64,000 nt of DNA. Source: an uncultured Bdellovibrionales bacterium (GTDB lineage Bacteria; Patescibacteriota; Minisyncoccia; Moranbacterales; DUUL01). The position numbers and the translations under genes were made by a program. Under the pieces are notes generated by a model. The model did not search any database. It was not told the DNA's origin and worked only from the letters and a program-made list of their open reading frames with translations. Below are positions 9,542-19,132 of the stretch, in pieces. The stretch's first letter is position 1. Every line of letters begins with the position of its first letter. The DNA lies in the NCBI GenBank assembly GCA_964421125.1, contig CAYQVD010000001.1, forward strand, positions 56,680 through 120,679. The letters run 5' to 3'.

Positions 9542-9620
9542 TCTGATGTGCAGATAATGTATTTTCGAGGATCTCGCCATTTTGATGGCGTTGCGAGAAA
9601 ATACATTATCTGCACATCAG
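9542..9620. repeat. Long inverted repeat (about 23-bp perfect stem, about 30-nt spacer containing a second 6-bp hairpin) between the uvrA stop and the NTase-like gene start
   Basis: tgatgtgcagataatgtattttc ... gaaaatacattatctgcacatca. The spacer contains cgccat-tttg-atggcg. Confidence 0.6.
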
Positions 9621-9666
9621 CACTATACCATATTTAAGTAAGATAAAAATACGTTATCTACATCTC

Positions 9667-12525
9667 TTATTTCAAAAGCATCCCAGTTGGTGTCTTCTTG
9701 TTCTTTAGTGAATCAGGAGTACCTTCAAAAACCACCTGTCCTCCCTTAACTCCTCCCTCTGGACCTAATTCTATCACCCAATCACATACTTTTGCAACAT
9801 CAAGATTATGCTCAACAATCAATACCGAATTCCCTACTTTAATTAAACTATTTAAAAGTTTAAGTAATTTTTCAGTATCATTGAAATGAAGTCCGATAGT
9901 TGGTTCATCTAAAACATATAAACAATTTCCTTTAGATTTTCGAGAAAGTTCTGTCGCCAATTTCACCCTCTGAGCCTCACCTCCAGAAAGACTCATAGCA
10001 TTTTGACCCAATTTAAGATAATCAAGCCCCACATCACACAAGCATTTCAATTTCCCTCTAATAGTTTCATTAGCATGAAAAAAATGATACGCGTAACCAA
10101 CATTCATATCTAATATATCCGCAATATTTGCACCATGATATTCAATTTCAAGAACCTTTTTATTATACCTTTTACCCTGGCAATGAGGGCAAACAGAAAA
10201 AACATCATCAAGAAGTCTCATTTCTATTTTAACCACTCCATCTCCCTGGCAATATTCACAACGTCCACCTCTCATGTTAAAAGAAAAGTGACTTGCTTTA
10301 TATCCTCTTTTTTGAGCCTCTTCTGTCTTAGCAAATAATTCTCTAATATAACTAAAAACACCAGTGTAAGTTGCTGGATTAGAACGAGGAGATTTTCCAA
10401 TTGGTGCTTGATCCACGACAACAATCTTAGAAAGATTTTTAAATCCTTCAATTCTTTTGTGTTTTCCAGGCTCTTCCTGTGTTCTTAAAAACTTCTTTCT
10501 AATTCCCTTGGAAATAATATCATTCACCAATGAACTTTTTCCTCCGCCAGAAACTCCAATAACAGCTACCATACAATTTAAAGGAATCTCTAGATCAATA
10601 TTTTTCAAATTATTTTGAACTGCCCCAATAACTTTTATAGATTTACTTTTATCTACATTATTATTAGCAATTTTATATTTTTTCTTATTATACAAATAGA
10701 GAGCTGTTTCACTTTTTGATTTTTTTAATTTTTCGAGAGTTCCTTCAAAAATCACGTTTCCTCCTTTTTCACCAGCTCCCGGACCAAAATCAACAATATA
10801 ATCAGCTGCCTTTATAATGTCCCTATCATGCTCAACAACCACAACAGAATTACCATTGTCACGTAACTTATTTAAAGTTTTGACCAACTTTATCGTGTCA
10901 CGACTATGTAAACCAATTGATGGCTCATCAAGAACGTATAAAATTCCACTCAGTCCACTATAAAGTTGTGATGCAATTCTAATTCTTTGAAACTCTCCTC
11001 CAGACAACGTTCTACAACTTCTATCAAGGGTTAAATAATCAACGCCAACTTCCTGAAGAGGCTTGAGACGATTAATAATTTCTTCTATTAAAAAAGTTGC
11101 CGCCTTTTCATTAGCTTTTTTATTTTTTTCTTTTATTAACTCACCATTTTTTTCTTTAAGAAAAATAATTAAATCATTAAGTTCAAGATTAACATAATCA
11201 CTAATATTTCTACCAAAAACTTTGACAAAAAGATACTGTCGTTTGAGCCTATGACCCTCACAATCAGGACAAACACTAACGCTCATATACTTTTCTAGCT
11301 CACTCTTTGAAAAAAGTGATTCAGTTTTTTTATATTTATTTTCAATATTTTTTAATAAACCTTCAAAACCAATATCCCTCTTTCCTTTTTTAGTTTTTAT
11401 TTCAAAATCTTCATTAACTCCAAAATACAATAATTCCAACACTTTATTGCTAAGTTTTTCAACTGGAACTTTTAAGGAAAATTTATATTTTCTACTTAAT
11501 CCTTTTAAAAGTTGTTGTTGAAAATTATCTCCATCTGTTCTCCCTCCCATTTTTGTCCATGGAGCAATTGCTCCTTCTGCTAATGATAATTTCTTATTAG
11601 GAATAATTCTTTCTTTATCGGCCATCATAACTTCTCCTAGTCCTCCGCACCTCGTACAAGCTCCTTCAGGAGAATTAAACGAAAAATTTCGAACAGAAAA
11701 ACCATTAGCACGGTTTAAACAATTTGAACAAACATATTCATTACTAAAAATCAATTCTTCTTCATTATCAATTAAAATATTTGCAGTTCCTTCTGAAAAT
11801 TTTATTGCTGTCTGCAAAGAATCAATTATCCTCTCTCTATCAAAATGACCCTTATTAATTATAACCCTATCAATAACAACTTCAATCAAAGAATTCGGAT
11901 TAATTTTATCTAAATTATCTTTTGCTTCTATTATTGTTAATATTCTCTCCTTATTCAAACGAATTTTTGAGTAACCTAGATTCTCAATAGCCTTAATTTT
12001 TTCTCCAATACTTTTTTGGTCCTTATTCCAAGTTGAAGTAATAATTATATAAGTCCCTTCCTCAAGCTTTTTAATTTTATCAACTATTGTTTCCACAGAA
12101 CTTTTCTTCATTGGCAAATTACAATTTTCACAAAACGGTTCACCTGTAATAGCAAACAGAGAACGAAATAAATCATATATCCCCGTAATTGTCCCAACAG
12201 TAGAACGAGGATTACTTATTCCGCTTTTTTGACTAATAGCAATCGCCGGTGGAAGATTATTTATACTTTTAACTTTTGGTTTTTTAGCTGAATTTAGGAA
12301 AAAATAAGCATGATTTGAAAGATTTTCCATATATCGTCGATGACCCTCAGCATACAAAGTATCAAAAGCCAAAGATGACTTACCGCTACCAGAAACACCT
12401 GTAATAACAACGAACTTATTCTTCGGAATATCAATATCAATATTATTAAGATTATTCTCAGAAGCACCACGAATTTTTATTCTATTAGTATTTTGCATGT
12501 AAATAAGTAAACGATTAACTTCCAA
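9667..12525 (-). CDS. uvrA: Excinuclease ABC subunit A (UvrA)
   Basis: 952 aa with two ABC ATPase modules (Walker A GVSGSGKSSL and GVSGGGKSSL; signatures LSGGEFQR and LSGGEAQR) and Zn-finger Cys pairs. Confidence 0.95.
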   Translation of the reverse strand: MEVNRLLIYMQNTNRIKIRGASENNLNNIDIDIPKNKFVVITGVSGSGKSSLAFDTLYAEGHRRYMENLSNHAYFFLNSAKKPKVKSINNLPPAIAISQKSGISNPRSTVGTITGIYDLFRSLFAITGEPFCENCNLPMKKSSVETIVDKIKKLEEGTYIIITSTWNKDQKSIGEKIKAIENLGYSKIRLNKERILTIIEAKDNLDKINPNSLIEVVIDRVIINKGHFDRERIIDSLQTAIKFSEGTANILIDNEEELIFSNEYVCSNCLNRANGFSVRNFSFNSPEGACTRCGGLGEVMMADKERIIPNKKLSLAEGAIAPWTKMGGRTDGDNFQQQLLKGLSRKYKFSLKVPVEKLSNKVLELLYFGVNEDFEIKTKKGKRDIGFEGLLKNIENKYKKTESLFSKSELEKYMSVSVCPDCEGHRLKRQYLFVKVFGRNISDYVNLELNDLIIFLKEKNGELIKEKNKKANEKAATFLIEEIINRLKPLQEVGVDYLTLDRSCRTLSGGEFQRIRIASQLYSGLSGILYVLDEPSIGLHSRDTIKLVKTLNKLRDNGNSVVVVEHDRDIIKAADYIVDFGPGAGEKGGNVIFEGTLEKLKKSKSETALYLYNKKKYKIANNNVDKSKSIKVIGAVQNNLKNIDLEIPLNCMVAVIGVSGGGKSSLVNDIISKGIRKKFLRTQEEPGKHKRIEGFKNLSKIVVVDQAPIGKSPRSNPATYTGVFSYIRELFAKTEEAQKRGYKASHFSFNMRGGRCEYCQGDGVVKIEMRLLDDVFSVCPHCQGKRYNKKVLEIEYHGANIADILDMNVGYAYHFFHANETIRGKLKCLCDVGLDYLKLGQNAMSLSGGEAQRVKLATELSRKSKGNCLYVLDEPTIGLHFNDTEKLLKLLNSLIKVGNSVLIVEHNLDVAKVCDWVIELGPEGGVKGGQVVFEGTPDSLKNKKTPTGMLLK

Positions 12526-12688
12526 GAATTATACATGATTTTTTTCTATTAGTAAACCCTCAAGCATACCTTCATAAAAAGAATTAAAAAATAATTAAAA
12601 CGCATTATATAAATTTACACATCTTAAACAACAAAAAATCCTCACACCTGGCAAGGACTTTTGTATAGAAAATCTATTAAAGTAAAAA

Positions 12689-12931
12689 CTATTTTTTCTT
12701 TTTAGTAGCTTTTCTTTTTTTTGTCTTCTTAGCTGTCTTCTTTTTTGGAGTAGCTTTTCTTTTTTTTGTCTTCTTAGCTGTCTTCTTTTTTGGAGCAGCT
12801 TTTTTCTTGGTAACTTTTTTAGTAGCTTTCTTTTTAGAAGTTTTTTTAGCTACTCTTTTTTTTGGAGCAGCTTTTCTTTTTGTTGTTTTTTTAGCAGTTT
12901 TTTTCTTCTTCTTAGTTGGCATAAATTTCAC
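12689..12931 (-). CDS. Lys/Ala-rich histone H1-like basic protein (KKxAKKTxKRKA repeats)
   Basis: 80-aa ORF that is almost entirely K/A/T. Strong RBS (gaaaggaaggtgaaatttATG). Internal DNA repeats of about 33 bp encode the peptide repeats. Resembles bacterial Hc1/H1-like nucleoid proteins. Confidence 0.55.
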   Translation of the reverse strand: MKFMPTKKKKKTAKKTTKRKAAPKKRVAKKTSKKKATKKVTKKKAAPKKKTAKKTKKRKATPKKKTAKKTKKRKATKKKK

Positions 12932-13032
12932 CTTCCTTTCTATTTTAATTTTTTATTTTATTTTTTTAAGCATAACTGAATTATAAAGCAAAAATTAAAT
13001 TGTGCAAACATTTTTTAAAATACAAAACCCCG

Positions 13033-13056
13033 ATCATTGTCGGGGCTTCGCATTTT
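13033..13056 (-). terminator. Hairpin terminator downstream of the acidic-protein gene (ccccga-tcattg-tcgggg followed by a U-run on the minus strand)
   Basis: Plus strand reads aaaaccccgatcattgtcggggcttcgcatttttt. The stem has T-rich runs on both sides. Confidence 0.5.
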
Positions 13057-13100
13057 TTGTTAGCTAGCAACAAAAAATATCAAAAGAGCTAATATATATC

Positions 13101-13760
13101 TTATAAATCAGAAACTCTCGCTGAATATTTCTTTAGATTTTCTAGTTGATTCTCATTTAACGTTTTTGATTTCTCGATTGAATTTTGAATCAATTCCTTA
13201 GAAAAACTAATTTCCCCACCAACAGCAAGAGATCCAGAATGATTTACATTTTTCCTTAGATAATCTTCAATGTAAATCTTATGTTCAGCAGTCAAACTGG
13301 AATCATTGTTTTTCTCTAAATAATCCCTTAATGCTTGTCGAGAAAGCGTAGTTACGCTATCTCCAGAAACAGCTGTAACAACAAATGCTTCATCAGTTTC
13401 TTCACTAGTTGTTTCAATAACATCCTCAACTGAATCAATAACTTTAACATCTTCAACTTCTTCTTTTTCAGTTTCAGCAATAACATCAGGAGCAATTTCT
13501 TTATCAACATCTTCAACCATAACATCCTCGTTCTCAACATAAACATCTTCTCCTTCTATCTCTTCATCATCAATATCTTCTATTGCAATATCTTCTTCGC
13601 TCATAGAATCATTTCCTCGATTTGAGTAAGAATAAATTCCACCAGCAATAGCAATTACAATTAGAACAGAAATGATAATTCGTATGTTATCTTGTAACCA
13701 GTTTTTTAGTTTCCCTCCAGTCCCTAAATCTTCTTGAACTTCCTGATTTTCTTGTTCCAT
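13101..13760 (-). CDS. Hypothetical membrane-anchored acidic (Glu/Asp-rich) protein
   Basis: One N-terminal TM helix (IRIIISVLIVIAIAGGIYSY) followed by a long D/E-rich low-complexity region. RBS aaaggcaggtg. Confidence 0.5.
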   Translation of the reverse strand: MEQENQEVQEDLGTGGKLKNWLQDNIRIIISVLIVIAIAGGIYSYSNRGNDSMSEEDIAIEDIDDEEIEGEDVYVENEDVMVEDVDKEIAPDVIAETEKEEVEDVKVIDSVEDVIETTSEETDEAFVVTAVSGDSVTTLSRQALRDYLEKNNDSSLTAEHKIYIEDYLRKNVNHSGSLAVGGEISFSKELIQNSIEKSKTLNENQLENLKKYSARVSDL

Positions 13761-13912
13761 AATTTCACCTGCCTTTCTAGATTCAATGAGTCATTAAGCA
13801 CTGAGCTCAACTCTCATAAAATTAATTTTTAATGTTCTAACGCTTAAAAGCGCCTTTATCTCATGTTAGCAAAAAAAACTATAACGTCAACCATTGACAA
13901 AAATGATAATCT

Positions 13913-14650
13913 CTAGAAAAAAATTTGACTGCTTAAAATATTTTCTAATGCCAATTGAGTAATTTTTTCCAATTGATTTAATTCGCTTTCTTTAACTAAA
14001 ACTTTTTGTACAATATCCCAATCTTTCTTAACAACAAGACGAAGAATTTTAATCACTGCTTGATCTATTTTAATCTTCTTGATATTCACGTTAGCACCAC
14101 AAGAATTACAATAAGTTTCTAAAGACGAACAAAACCAAAAATTATGATTCTCTAAAGAAAACTTTTTCTGACATCCAGAACAACAAAATAATTCTGGCTG
14201 ATTTCCAAATAAATACATTGTTTTCCAAATCAAATACATTCTCATTAAACGCATTCTTTCCCAACTAAGATCTTGAACTGACATTTCTTCTAAAAATTCC
14301 GTAATCAAATTAAAAATCTCTTGTTGCTGATTACTGCTTTCTAGAAAAGAATGTTTGAATATTGAAAAAATTGGTTTAACAAATTTAATTCTATCAAGAT
14401 CATTTTTAATCCTAATATACTGATTATGGATAATCACCCCTGTCACCCGATCCAAAGACTTCCCTTTAACTAGAAATATTTCCGAATGAGTCAGGGGTTC
14501 TAAACCACTAGATAATTTAGCCGTTGGTTTCCGTACTCCTTTTGCTAAAACGCTAGTTTTCCCAAAATCACAAGAAAAAATATCATAAATTCGATCAAAT
14601 TCATTAACCTCTCTGGAATTCAAAATAATTGCTTCTGTTTTATAACTCAT
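13913..14650 (-). CDS. recO: DNA repair protein RecO
   Basis: N-terminal OB-fold region (AIILNSREVNEFDRIYDIFSCDFGKTSVLAKGVRKP) and C-terminal Cys4 zinc motif (CSGC...CNSC). Confidence 0.75.
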   Translation of the reverse strand: MSYKTEAIILNSREVNEFDRIYDIFSCDFGKTSVLAKGVRKPTAKLSSGLEPLTHSEIFLVKGKSLDRVTGVIIHNQYIRIKNDLDRIKFVKPIFSIFKHSFLESSNQQQEIFNLITEFLEEMSVQDLSWERMRLMRMYLIWKTMYLFGNQPELFCCSGCQKKFSLENHNFWFCSSLETYCNSCGANVNIKKIKIDQAVIKILRLVVKKDWDIVQKVLVKESELNQLEKITQLALENILSSQIFF

Positions 14651-14780
14651 TCAGACTTACAATAAAAATTTTAATATATATTTTAATATATATTAAAATA
14701 CATACTTAAACAATAAAAAGTATTGCCAAAAATAAAAATTTATGTTATCTTGACTCTTGTATTGAATTTGAAATTTTTAT

Positions 14781-14855
14781 GGCCTCATCGTCTAGTGGTT
14801 AGGACGCCAGGTTTTCATCCTGGTAACAGGGGTTCGATTCCCCTTGAGGCTACCA
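14781..14855 (+). tRNA. tRNA-Glu (anticodon UUC)
   Basis: Cloverleaf: acceptor GGCCTCA, anticodon arm ccagg-TTTTCAT-cctgg (anticodon TTC), T-loop GGTTCGATTCC, 3' CCA encoded. Confidence 0.85.
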
Positions 14856-14947
14856 CTTATAAAAACACTATTAGATTATCTGGTATTGTTTTTTGTTAAA
14901 TATAAATTCTTGCAATTTTACAATTATTAAATTATATTGAGTATATT

Positions 14948-15029
14948 GCCGGAGTGGTGAAATTGGTATACACGCTTGGCTTAGGACCAAGTGGGGCAAC
15001 CCGTGGAGGTTCAAGTCCTCTCTCCGGCA
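14948..15029 (+). tRNA. tRNA-Leu (anticodon UAG), type II with long variable arm
   Basis: Acceptor GCCGGAG/CTCCGGC, anticodon arm cttgg-CTTAGGA-ccaag, long variable arm, T-loop GGTTCAAGTCC, discriminator A. Confidence 0.85.
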
Positions 15030-15050
15030 CATAAAAGTAAGATAAGATAG

Positions 15051-16007
15051 ATGGAAAAAATAACCTTCTCTTCTAAAGAAAAAATCAGAATTGACAAATA
15101 CTTATCCGATAAAAATCCCGGCATTTCTCGCCGGGTTTTTAAAAACGCCATTGAAGAAGGCAATGTTTTAATAAATAACAAAAAGGTTTCTTCAAGCTAC
15201 AAACTAAAGCAGGATGATGAAATAATTACTCTCCAAGAAATTAAAAAAGAAATCATAGTGAAAGAAATTCTTCCGAATAAAGACATTACTTTTGAGATTA
15301 TTTTTCAAAACAAAGATTTTTTAGTTCTTAATAAAAAGCCTGGAATATCTATTCACCCTTCAGACAAAGGCGAACAAGACACTCTTGTTAATGGACTAAT
15401 TCACCAATTTCCAGGAATCAAAAATGTTGGTGAAGATTCTTTGCGTCCTGGAATTGTGCATCGTCTCGATAAAGACACTTCCGGTATTATGATTGTCGCT
15501 TTAAATCAAAAAAGTTTTGCTTACTTTAAAAATCTTTTTCAAAATAGAACTATTCAAAAAACTTACCTTGCAATTATTTGGGGGGAAATTAATCAAAAAT
15601 CAGGAACTATTGAATCATATATAGGAAAATCTAACAAAAACCCTTCTAAACAAGCCACGAGCGACTCTCCTCATAAACTTATTAATCCTAAAAGCGCAAA
15701 AACTTCTTATAAAGTATTAAAAATTAAAAACAACATGAGCTTAATTAAAGTTAAACTAGAAACCGGAAGAAAACATCAAATTCGCATCCATTTTCATTCT
15801 CTTGGACATCCAATTGTTGGTGATAAAAAATACTCCACTAAAGAAGGAAATAAATTAAACAAAGAATTTGAAAATATGATGCTTCATGCCTTTAAAATTG
15901 AATTCATTGACCCTGACAACAAAAAGTATTCTTTTTCCGCACCAATCCCTAGTTATTTCCCTATTAAAACAAGCCATCCTCTTGACCAAAGCATAAAACT
16001 AAGCTAG
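15051..16007 (+). CDS. rluD: RluA-family 23S rRNA pseudouridine synthase (RluD-like) with N-terminal S4 domain
   Basis: S4-like N-terminus. Catalytic motif [14 protein letters not shown] (conserved Asp). 318 aa. Confidence 0.8.
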   Translation: MEKITFSSKEKIRIDKYLSDKNPGISRRVFKNAIEEGNVLINNKKVSSSYKLKQDDEIITLQEIKKEIIVKEILPNKDITFEIIFQNKDFLVLNKKPGISIHPSDKGEQDTLVNGLIHQFPGIKNVGEDSLRPGIVHRLDKDTSGIMIVALNQKSFAYFKNLFQNRTIQKTYLAIIWGEINQKSGTIESYIGKSNKNPSKQATSDSPHKLINPKSAKTSYKVLKIKNNMSLIKVKLETGRKHQIRIHFHSLGHPIVGDKKYSTKEGNKLNKEFENMMLHAFKIEFIDPDNKKYSFSAPIPSYFPIKTSHPLDQSIKLS

Positions 16008-16053
16008 GCTAGGGGAAGTTTTAAAAACATTTAATGACAATAATTCGAAAAAT

Positions 16054-16506
16054 ATGGACCAAAAAATAATTGATTTTAATAAATCACAACAAAACAAATC
16101 AATGCCGGAAATTCAAACCGGTGATATTGTTCGTGTTCACAAGAAAATTACAGAAGGAGATAAGGAAAGAGTTCAAATTTTTGAAGGACTTGTTATCGCT
16201 ATTAAGGGAAAACAAAGCTCTTCTCCGATGATTACCGTTCGAAGAAATTCTAAGGGAATTGGAGTTGAAATAACAATTCCAATGTTTTCACCTTCTATTG
16301 AAAAAATTGAGATTCTTCGTCACAGTAAAGTGCGTCGATCAAAGCTTTACTACATGAGAGACAGAGCTGGAAAAGCAGCTAAAATGCAAGTAAAAGAACT
16401 AAGTGAAAAAGAAGAAAACCAAGCTGAAGAATTAAATAAAAAACCAGAAGAAGAAACTTCTAAGAAAAAAACAGAAGAAATTAAAAAATCTCTTGAAAAA
16501 AAATAA
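16054..16506 (+). CDS. rplS: 50S ribosomal protein L19 with a Lys/Glu-rich C-terminal extension
   Basis: [31 protein letters not shown] ... ITVRR ... [11 protein letters not shown] matches L19. RBS present upstream. Confidence 0.9.
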   Translation: MDQKIIDFNKSQQNKSMPEIQTGDIVRVHKKITEGDKERVQIFEGLVIAIKGKQSSSPMITVRRNSKGIGVEITIPMFSPSIEKIEILRHSKVRRSKLYYMRDRAGKAAKMQVKELSEKEENQAEELNKKPEEETSKKKTEEIKKSLEKK

Positions 16507-16603
16507 GCATCTTAAATTGCTTGAAACAACTCGATGATGGCCTCGCAACCAGAGGACTGGTGCGGGGTAAAAATTTAGCTTTTTAGAAAAACAAAACCAA
16601 CAA

Positions 16604-16687
16604 GGGAATGTGGTGAAACTGGTAGACACGCAAGCTTGAGGGGCTTGTCCTCGCAAGAGGGTGGGAGTTCAAATCTCCCCATTCCCA
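16604..16687 (+). tRNA. tRNA-Leu (anticodon GAG), type II
   Basis: Acceptor GGGAATG/CATTCCC, anticodon arm caagc-TTGAGGG-gcttg, long variable arm, T-loop GAGTTCAAATCTC. Confidence 0.85.
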
Positions 16688-16779
16688 CAATATTAATTGG
16701 TTTCAGCAATAACCTGCCTCGACTGGCAAGACGGGCTGATTTATTGTGTGGTCGAAAGTCCCTCTCGAGACACAAAAAT

Positions 16780-16803
16780 ATCCCGTATAAACGGGATTTT
16801 TTG
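16780..16803. terminator. Rho-independent terminator (atcccgt-ataa-acgggat followed by TTTTTT), probably bidirectional
   Basis: Perfect 7-bp stem with a T-run on the plus strand. A-run on the other side. Confidence 0.75.
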
Positions 16804-16826
16804 ATACAAGAATTATATAAATATAT

Positions 16827-17777
16827 TTAAAAAATAGAAAAAAGTTTTCCGATATAGAAAACGTAAAATATTATCAAAAGCCCTCCTTCCCACCTTGTAA
16901 TCTTTCTATCCTGAGTAATAAATAAATACAAAAGAGTTGCAATAACCATCATAGGAAGACCAAAAATTAAAATATCTTTTGATACGACAACGGATCCAAC
17001 AAGAGCTGAAACGCCAAGAACACCAAATAAATTAAAAATATTTGAACCTAAAACATTTCCAACAGCAATCTCAGCCTTTCCTTTTAACGCCGCTCTAATA
17101 CTAACCACTAACTCAGGCAAAGACGTTCCAAGAGCCACTGCACTAGCCGCAATAATTGCTTTACTAATTCCCAGCATTCCAGATAAAATCACCACAGATT
17201 CAACTGTGTATCTAGCTCCAAAGTAAATAAAGACCATACTAACTAAAAGAATAAAGATATGCTTCTTGTTTAATTTTCTTTTCACAACCTTCTTCTTTTT
17301 GTGAGACTTTTCTTTAACATCTTCATTACTTGATGTGATAGTGTAAAGCAAGTAAACAAGAAGGCCAGCTAAACATAAGATTCCCTCAAAAATAGTCACT
17401 CTTCCATCAATCATCATCATAGCAACTAAAAAGGTTGAACCAACAAACAAAGGCAAATCAACGCTTATCAGCTCATGATCAATTTTTAATTTTTTAGCTA
17501 CTACAGCTGTTACTCCTAGAATTAAAAAAATGTTCGTAATATTTGAACCTATTATATTTCCAACTGCAATTTCAGAAGATCCTCCTAGGACAGCAATAAC
17601 TGACGAAATCAACTCAGGCAAAGATGTTCCAAGAGCTACAATCGTAACCCCAACAATAAAAGAAGGAAGTCCAAAAAAAGAACCAATTGCTTCAGCAGAA
17701 TCAGTAAAATAATCAGCTGCTTTAACTAAAACAGCAAGACTTACAATAAAAATCAATACCCAAATAAAAATTGTCAT
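16827..17777 (-). CDS. Ca2+/cation antiporter, CaCA family (YrbG-like Na+/Ca2+ exchanger)
   Basis: Two internal alpha-repeats: GNIIGSNITNIFLILGV and GNVLGSNIFNLFGVLGV; GTSLPEL(I/V)S occurs twice. About 10 TM helices. Confidence 0.8.
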   Translation of the reverse strand: MTIFIWVLIFIVSLAVLVKAADYFTDSAEAIGSFFGLPSFIVGVTIVALGTSLPELISSVIAVLGGSSEIAVGNIIGSNITNIFLILGVTAVVAKKLKIDHELISVDLPLFVGSTFLVAMMMIDGRVTIFEGILCLAGLLVYLLYTITSSNEDVKEKSHKKKKVVKRKLNKKHIFILLVSMVFIYFGARYTVESVVILSGMLGISKAIIAASAVALGTSLPELVVSIRAALKGKAEIAVGNVLGSNIFNLFGVLGVSALVGSVVVSKDILIFGLPMMVIATLLYLFITQDRKITRWEGGLLIIFYVFYIGKLFSIF

Positions 17778-17819
17778 TTTTGTTTTTTCTATTAAATAAA
17801 ACTCCTGCTTTGCTTAAAA

Positions 17820-18887
17820 TTAGTTTTCATTCTCTAGAACCAAATCTCCCTGAGATGTAACTGAATCAGCCTCAACTTCTTTATTAATAAGTTCCTCGTT
17901 TTTCTCTGTTACTTTTTCTTGTGAAACTTCAATTCCTTGCATTTTCTTCACCCACCAAATAACCACATCTTGAGACCAAAGAGAAATAAAAGATTTTAAT
18001 AACAAAAAGATTACGATGATTATTATACCAGAAATAACCATTAAAAATATCCCCAAAGGTTTCAACGCAAGCATAATCGCAAATGACAAGCCAATTAAAA
18101 CTACAGAAATAATACCAATCACAACCATCCCAATAACTCCTCCAACCATGCTAATTAAAATATTTATTAGTATAATTTTAAAAGTTTCCATCTTATTGTT
18201 CTTGATAAGAAAATAACTTGTTTTAATAACAGTTAACCAATTCATATCTCCAAGGGAAACAAAGACGACTCCAATTCTTCTAATAATACTAACAACTATA
18301 ATAGAAAGAATAAAAATCACAAAAAATGCCACTCCTAACAAAATTGCCAACACTATTAATACAATACCTCCACTAAATGCCATTCCAGCTCCAATGAAAA
18401 GTGCAATGATAATCATAGCTATAACGAAAGACATCATTATTCCGATACCCACTAGAAAAATAATCAAATCTAGCTTAATAATTTCAATAAACCTTGATTT
18501 TCCTTGTTCCCAAATATCTCGATGTTTTGCTTTTGAATTTTCATTATTTTGAAGACGATCTAACGCTCGAATCACTCCAGGACGAACAATTGTTGAAAAA
18601 ATCCAAAAAACAATTCCAATCAAAAATCCTATTCCAATTGCAATTGGAATTATCCACCAAAATTCAGCTAGTGCACTTCTTTCTTCTATTTCCGGCGAAT
18701 TACCTATGTTTGAAAAAAAACCACCACCACCTGCTGTCAAAAAAATTCCCCAAATCCAAAGAGTTTTATTTTTCCAAATTCTCTGAAAAGCACCACTAAG
18801 AGCATCAAAATAGCCATATGGTTGTTGACCTTGCTTTTGATTACCAGACTGAACACTATTTGGTTGTGCTTGCATTTGATTTTCCAT
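17820..18887 (-). CDS. Hypothetical polytopic membrane protein with Gln-rich N-terminus
   Basis: 355-aa ORF with multiple TM helices. No recognisable family. Confidence 0.45.
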   Translation of the reverse strand: MENQMQAQPNSVQSGNQKQGQQPYGYFDALSGAFQRIWKNKTLWIWGIFLTAGGGGFFSNIGNSPEIEERSALAEFWWIIPIAIGIGFLIGIVFWIFSTIVRPGVIRALDRLQNNENSKAKHRDIWEQGKSRFIEIIKLDLIIFLVGIGIMMSFVIAMIIIALFIGAGMAFSGGIVLIVLAILLGVAFFVIFILSIIVVSIIRRIGVVFVSLGDMNWLTVIKTSYFLIKNNKMETFKIILINILISMVGGVIGMVVIGIISVVLIGLSFAIMLALKPLGIFLMVISGIIIIVIFLLLKSFISLWSQDVVIWWVKKMQGIEVSQEKVTEKNEELINKEVEADSVTSQGDLVLENEN

Positions 18888-18994
18888 ATTTTTATTTTAT
18901 AAGTAATTTTATTTAATTTATTCTAACACATTTTGTTTAATTTAGAAAATTATAATTTTTGATAGTATTCTTAATTCAAAATAATGTATTATGG

Positions 18995-19132
18995 AAATTC
19001 AGCATATTTATTTTTTGAACGTAATGGCTTTGATAAGAATAACAACGATATTAAGTAAAATACAGTCTTTAGCTACACTAATATTTCAAAGCAATGATAA
19101 ATTCAGTGAAAAAAATAAATATGCTGAATTTC
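18995..19132 (+). repeat. Intergenic conserved element, copy A (upstream of trpS), bounded by a perfect 20-bp terminal inverted repeat
   Basis: 5' arm gaaattcagcatatttattt pairs with 3' arm aaataaatatgctgaatttc. Internal conserved motifs tttgaacgtaatg and gataaattcagtgaaaaaaataaatat are shared with the copies at 26468 and 27750. Confidence 0.7.

Noticed and set aside
12689-12931. Short tandem DNA repeats that could be mistaken for a CRISPR array
   Set aside because: The repeats are contiguous, in-frame and encode the Lys/Ala peptide repeats of a basic protein. There are no spacers of unique sequence.
14651-14780. AT-rich near-palindromic stretch (ttttaatatatattttaatatatattaaaa) between recO and tRNA-Glu
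   Set aside because: Simple AT repeat typical of promoter/UP-element DNA in an AT-rich genome. No evidence for a specific element.
16575-16830. Two ORFs (66 aa on the minus strand, 64 aa on the plus strand) overlapping tRNA-Leu(GAG) and the terminator
   Set aside because: They overlap a confidently folded tRNA and a terminator hairpin. The translations are unstructured, so they are artefacts.
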